Assembly (NCBI RefSeq): GCF_004010195.1
Contig: NC_057755.1
Location: 12,528,954-12,566,095, forward strand
DNA: 37,142 nt
DNA from: Chiloscyllium plagiosum
Taxonomy: Eukaryota
Direction of reading: 5' to 3'
The notes beneath the pieces are model-generated. The model was given only the letters and a program-made list of their open reading frames with translations, was not told the DNA's origin and searched no databases. Made by a program: the position numbers and the translations under genes. Shown piece by piece: positions 33,475-37,142 of this stretch (its first letter is position 1; every line of letters begins with the position of its first letter).

Positions 33475-35104
33475 GACTCCAGCTATACTTCTTGCTGTGT
33501 CAGGAATGCAGCCAACATAATCAAAGACCCCTTCCACCCCAGTCATAATGTCTTCCACCTTCTTCCATTGGGCAAAAGATACAAAAGCTTATATATGTAC
33601 CAATAGACTCAAAAACAGCCTCTTCCCGCATTGTTGTTAAACCTTTGAATTGATCTCTCAAAATTCAAATTAATTGAATGGAATTGAATTGAATTTATTG
33701 TCATGTATACCGAGGCATGTTGAAAAGCTTTGTTTTGCGAGCAATATGGGCAGATCACATAGTTAAGTGGCATAGATAAGTAAATAATAAGTAAACAGTG
33801 GCAAAAACAAAAATACAGGTACAGGCAAATGTTAAGAGTTTGTGAGTCCATTCAGTATTCTAACAGTAGGGTAGAAACTGTTTCAAAACCGGCTGGTGCG
33901 TGTGTTCAGGCTTCTGTACCTTCTCCACAGTGGTAGAGGTTGTAGAAAAACATTGCCAGGGTGGGATGGATCTTTGAGAATGCTGGCAGCCTTTCCTTGA
34001 CAGTGGGCCTGGTAGATGGATTCTATAGATGGGAGGTTGGCCTTTGTGATTGTCTGGGCTGAGTTCACCACTCTCTGTAGCCATCTCCAATCTTGAATGG
34101 TACAGTTGCCATGCCAGGTAGTGATACATCCAGACAGAATGACCTCGATGGTGCACCTATAAAAGTTGCAAGGGTATTAGCCATCATGCCAACTTTCCTC
34201 AGCTGCCTGAGGAAGGAAGAAGAGACATTGTTGGGCCTTGGTAACCAGTGCGTCTACATGAAGAGTCTGACATGACACTCCCAGGAGCTTGACACTGTCC
34301 ACTTGCTCCCCCCCCATGCTATTAATATGTAAGGGGGGCATGAGTAACATCCTGCCGAAAGTCAATAATGGGTTCCTTGGTTTTGCCAATATTGAGAGCT
34401 AGGTTGTTCTCAGTGCACCATTTTTCTAGCTCTTCCACCTCCCATCTGTAGTCTGTTTCATCATCATCTCAGATTCGACCGATTATGGTGGTGTCATCAG
34501 CAAAATTGTAAATGGCATTAGTCTGGTATTTGGCAACGCAATCATGGGTATACAGTGAGTACAGTAGGGGGCTGAGTACACACCTCTGAGTGTTAGTTAA
34601 GGATGAAATATTGTCCCCAATCTTCAATGATTGTGGCATGTAGGTCAGGAAACTGAGGATCCAGTTGCAGAGAGTGGGGCTTAGTCTGAGATCACTAAGT
34701 TTAGCAATCAGTCTCAAGGAGATAATAGTGTTGACTACAGTTCAGCCTTCAATGAGTAGGATTCTTATGTAGCTGTTCTTGGTGTCAAGACGTTCTTGGG
34801 AGGAGTGACGGGTAAGTGATATGGTATCTGACGTGGACCTGTTGATCCGATAGGCAAATTGAATGATGTTGGCCCTCTTGAAACAGGCAGGGACAGTGGC
34901 CTGCTGCAGGAAGAGATTGAAGATGTCCAAGGAGACCTCTGCCAGTTAAATGTTGATCTTGCTCTTTGCACACCTTCTCTGCAGCCATAACATTATATTC
35001 TTTGCTTTGTTCTATTATCCTAATTCACTTTGGTATGATCTGCCTGTACAGCACTCAAACAAAACTTTTCACTGTACCTAAGTATATTTGACAATAATAA
35101 ATCA
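33475..35104 (+). mobile_element. Rex1/Babar LINE 3' fragment split by an antisense Rex1
   Basis: AANIIKDPFHPSHNVFHLLPLGKRYKSL at 33510-33590; 3' UTR resumes at ~34945 and ends cttttcactgtacc...tgacaataataaatca. Confidence 0.8.
33670..34945 (-). mobile_element. Rex1/Babar LINE (RT to 3' tail)
   Basis: [51 protein letters not shown] and KAASILKDPSHPG; (AATTC)n tail. Confidence 0.93.
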
Positions 35105-36427
35105 GAGCAGAATTCTGGGTAATCCAAGGTGGAGAATGGGAAAAAAACTGTAGTTTTAAGAGCTGCTCCTTTTTTGAGGTATTTTATGTGTTGGAAGAGA
35201 TTTTCTCAAATTCCAGGAGCAGTAAATAATGTTTTATAAGCTGTTGCATTGTTTTCGAACTTTGGGGGGAGAATAAGATCAAAACATTGGCACTTTAAAA
35301 AGGAGGAAGACAGACAAAGGCAGAGATCACGTGGTCAGAGAAAGGAACCTAGACTGCTGTCTGACACAGCAGTGAATCTGAACAGCTATTGCCTTAGCTG
35401 TTTGAGTTCAAGTATGTCTGGACATCAGAGTGCATCTAGGAAAAGTTAACAAACAGCTGACCTTGAACGAACCTGTATGGGAGAGTTCACAATGGGAGAA
35501 ACTAAGTGCATAGTTTTTAAAGTGTAACCTTGCTGTAAATCTACGATAGTGAGTAGAGCGGGTTTTTTTCTCATTATATGTTTTATTGAGATCTCTCCCT
35601 TGATTAAGTTTTAAAAATATAAAACATAGGTACTAAGTTAGCCTGGAGCAATGTTTTGTTTTCCCTGATGAAGGGCTTATACCCGAACCGTCAATTCTCC
35701 TACTCCTCAGATACTGCCTGACCTGCTGTGCTTTTCTAGCACCACACTCTCGGCAGTGTACTTTTAGAACAATAAGGAGGTGCTATTTTCTGGGTCTGTA
35801 GATTGTTAAGGTGCAAAGATGGCCTTTAGCAGAGTGATGTGCTCTTCCTGTCGGATATGGGAGATTAGGGAGAGTTTCAATGTAACTGATGATTATGTCT
35901 GCAGGAAGTGTCTTTGATTGTGAATCCTATTATATTGCATGGATCAGTTGGAGTGTCAGTTAAAGGCAATAAGGAATTTACAGAAGCTAGTGGTGTGGAT
36001 GGATGGTAGGTATAGGGAGGGACAAAAACTGCAGTACAGTTAAGTAGATAGGTTACCTCCAGAAAAAATAGGAGAGGGAGGCAGGTAATGAAGGAGTCTC
36101 CTGTGCTATCCCCATCTCAAACAGGTATGCTGTTTTGGAAAATGTAGGGGGTGATGGACTCTCAGGGGAATGTAACATGAACAGCCAAGTTTCTGGTACC
36201 AAGAATGGCTCTAATTTAACAAAGGATATGTCAGGTTCCAAGCGATTGATTGTGATAGGGGACTCTCTAGTCAGATACACAGACAGACATTTCTGTGCCT
36301 GGCAGTGAGAAACCAGGATAGTGTGTTGCCTCCCTGGTGCCAAGATCAAGGATATCTCAGAGAGGGTGCAGTATGTTCTCAAAGTGGAGAAGGGCCACCA
36401 GGAGGTTATTGTACACATTGGAACTAA
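35105..36427 (+). mobile_element. CR1 5' UTR and ORF1 pseudogene (zinc finger/leucine zipper plus SGNH esterase)
   Basis: From 35819: MAFSRVMCSSCRIWE...YVCRKC, IPISNRYAVL, IVIGDSLVR, VCCLPGAKIKDI and VIVHIGTN; 5' boundary approximate. Confidence 0.88.
35662..35752 (+). mobile_element. Solo PLE terminal repeat (family A) with a decayed hammerhead
   Basis: CTGATGA-A-GGGC ttat ACCC-GAAc-C-GTC...gcaccacactctcg inserted in the CR1 5' UTR. Confidence 0.82.
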
Positions 36428-37142
36428 TAGAGTCATAGAGTCATAAAGGTGTACAGCATGGAAACAGACCCTTCGGTCCAGCCCATCCATGCCGACCAGA
36501 TATCCCAATCCAATCTAGTCCCCCCTGCCAGCACCCGGCCCATATCCCTCCGAACCCTTCCTATTCATATACCCAGCCAAATGCCTCTTAAATGTTGCAA
36601 TTGTACCAGTCTCCACCACATCCTCTGGCAGCTCATTCCATACATGTACCACCCTCTGTGTGAAAACGTTGCCCCTTAGGTCTCTTTTATGTCTTTCCCC
36701 TCTCACCCTAAACCTATGCCTTCGAGTTCTGGACTCCCCGACCCCAGGGAAAAGACTTTGTCTATTTATCCTATCTATGTCCAATAGGAAGGAGAACAGA
36801 ACTGCACGCAATATTCCAACAGTGGCCTAACCAATGTCCTGTACAGCCGCAACATGACCTCCCAACTCCTGTACTCAATACTTTGACCAATAAAGGAAAG
36901 CATACCAAATGCCTTCTTCACTATCCTATCTGCCTGCGACTCCACTTTTAAGGAGCTATGAACGTGCACTCCAAGGTCTCTTTGTTCAGCAACACTCCCT
37001 AGGACCTTACCATTAAGTGCATGAGTCCTGCTCAGATTTGCTTTCCCAAAATGTAGCACCTTGCATTTATCTGAATTAAACTCCATCTGCCACTTCTCAG
37101 CCCATTGGCCCATCTGGTCCAGATCCTGTTGTAATCTGAGGT
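36428..37142 (-). mobile_element. CR1 (HER1-like) 3' fragment, runs off the window
   Basis: WAEKWQMEFNSDKCKVLHFG, LVRPLLEYCVQF and FTQRVVHVWNELP; tail tatgactctatgactcta. Confidence 0.95.

Overview
Eukaryotic, non-bacterial DNA, almost certainly from an elasmobranch (shark) genome. This is inferred from the HE1-type tRNA/V-SINEs, CR1 (HER1-like) LINEs and a DeuSINE/SacSINE1-like relic. The window is mostly nested, decayed retroelements: many CR1 LINE fragments, a second CR1/L2-group LINE, two Tx1-like and two Rex1/Babar LINE copies, several SINE families, Penelope-like elements (PLEs) of at least three families, one TA-flanked DNA-transposon MITE and two minisatellites. No intact protein-coding gene is present. 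Nearly all listed ORFs are TE relics or antisense shadows, and there is one moderately credible minus-strand host exon (19986-20085) next to a near-consensus RFX X-box. The strongest non-obvious signal is a set of about 13 minimal type I hammerhead-ribozyme motifs (CTGAnGA-A-stem II-GAAA-short palindrome-NUH) in PLE terminal repeats, with compensatory changes between three families. Three loci are ~190-205 bp non-coding palindromes made of two inverted hammerhead-bearing PLE termini, two of them flanked by target-site duplications, which suggests a non-autonomous palindromic ribozyme-bearing retroelement class. A second candidate novelty is a non-tRNA element with a YY1-like head that carries the Rex1/Babar 3' tail. 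Family names come from motif recognition, not database searches, and the boundaries of old repeats are approximate.
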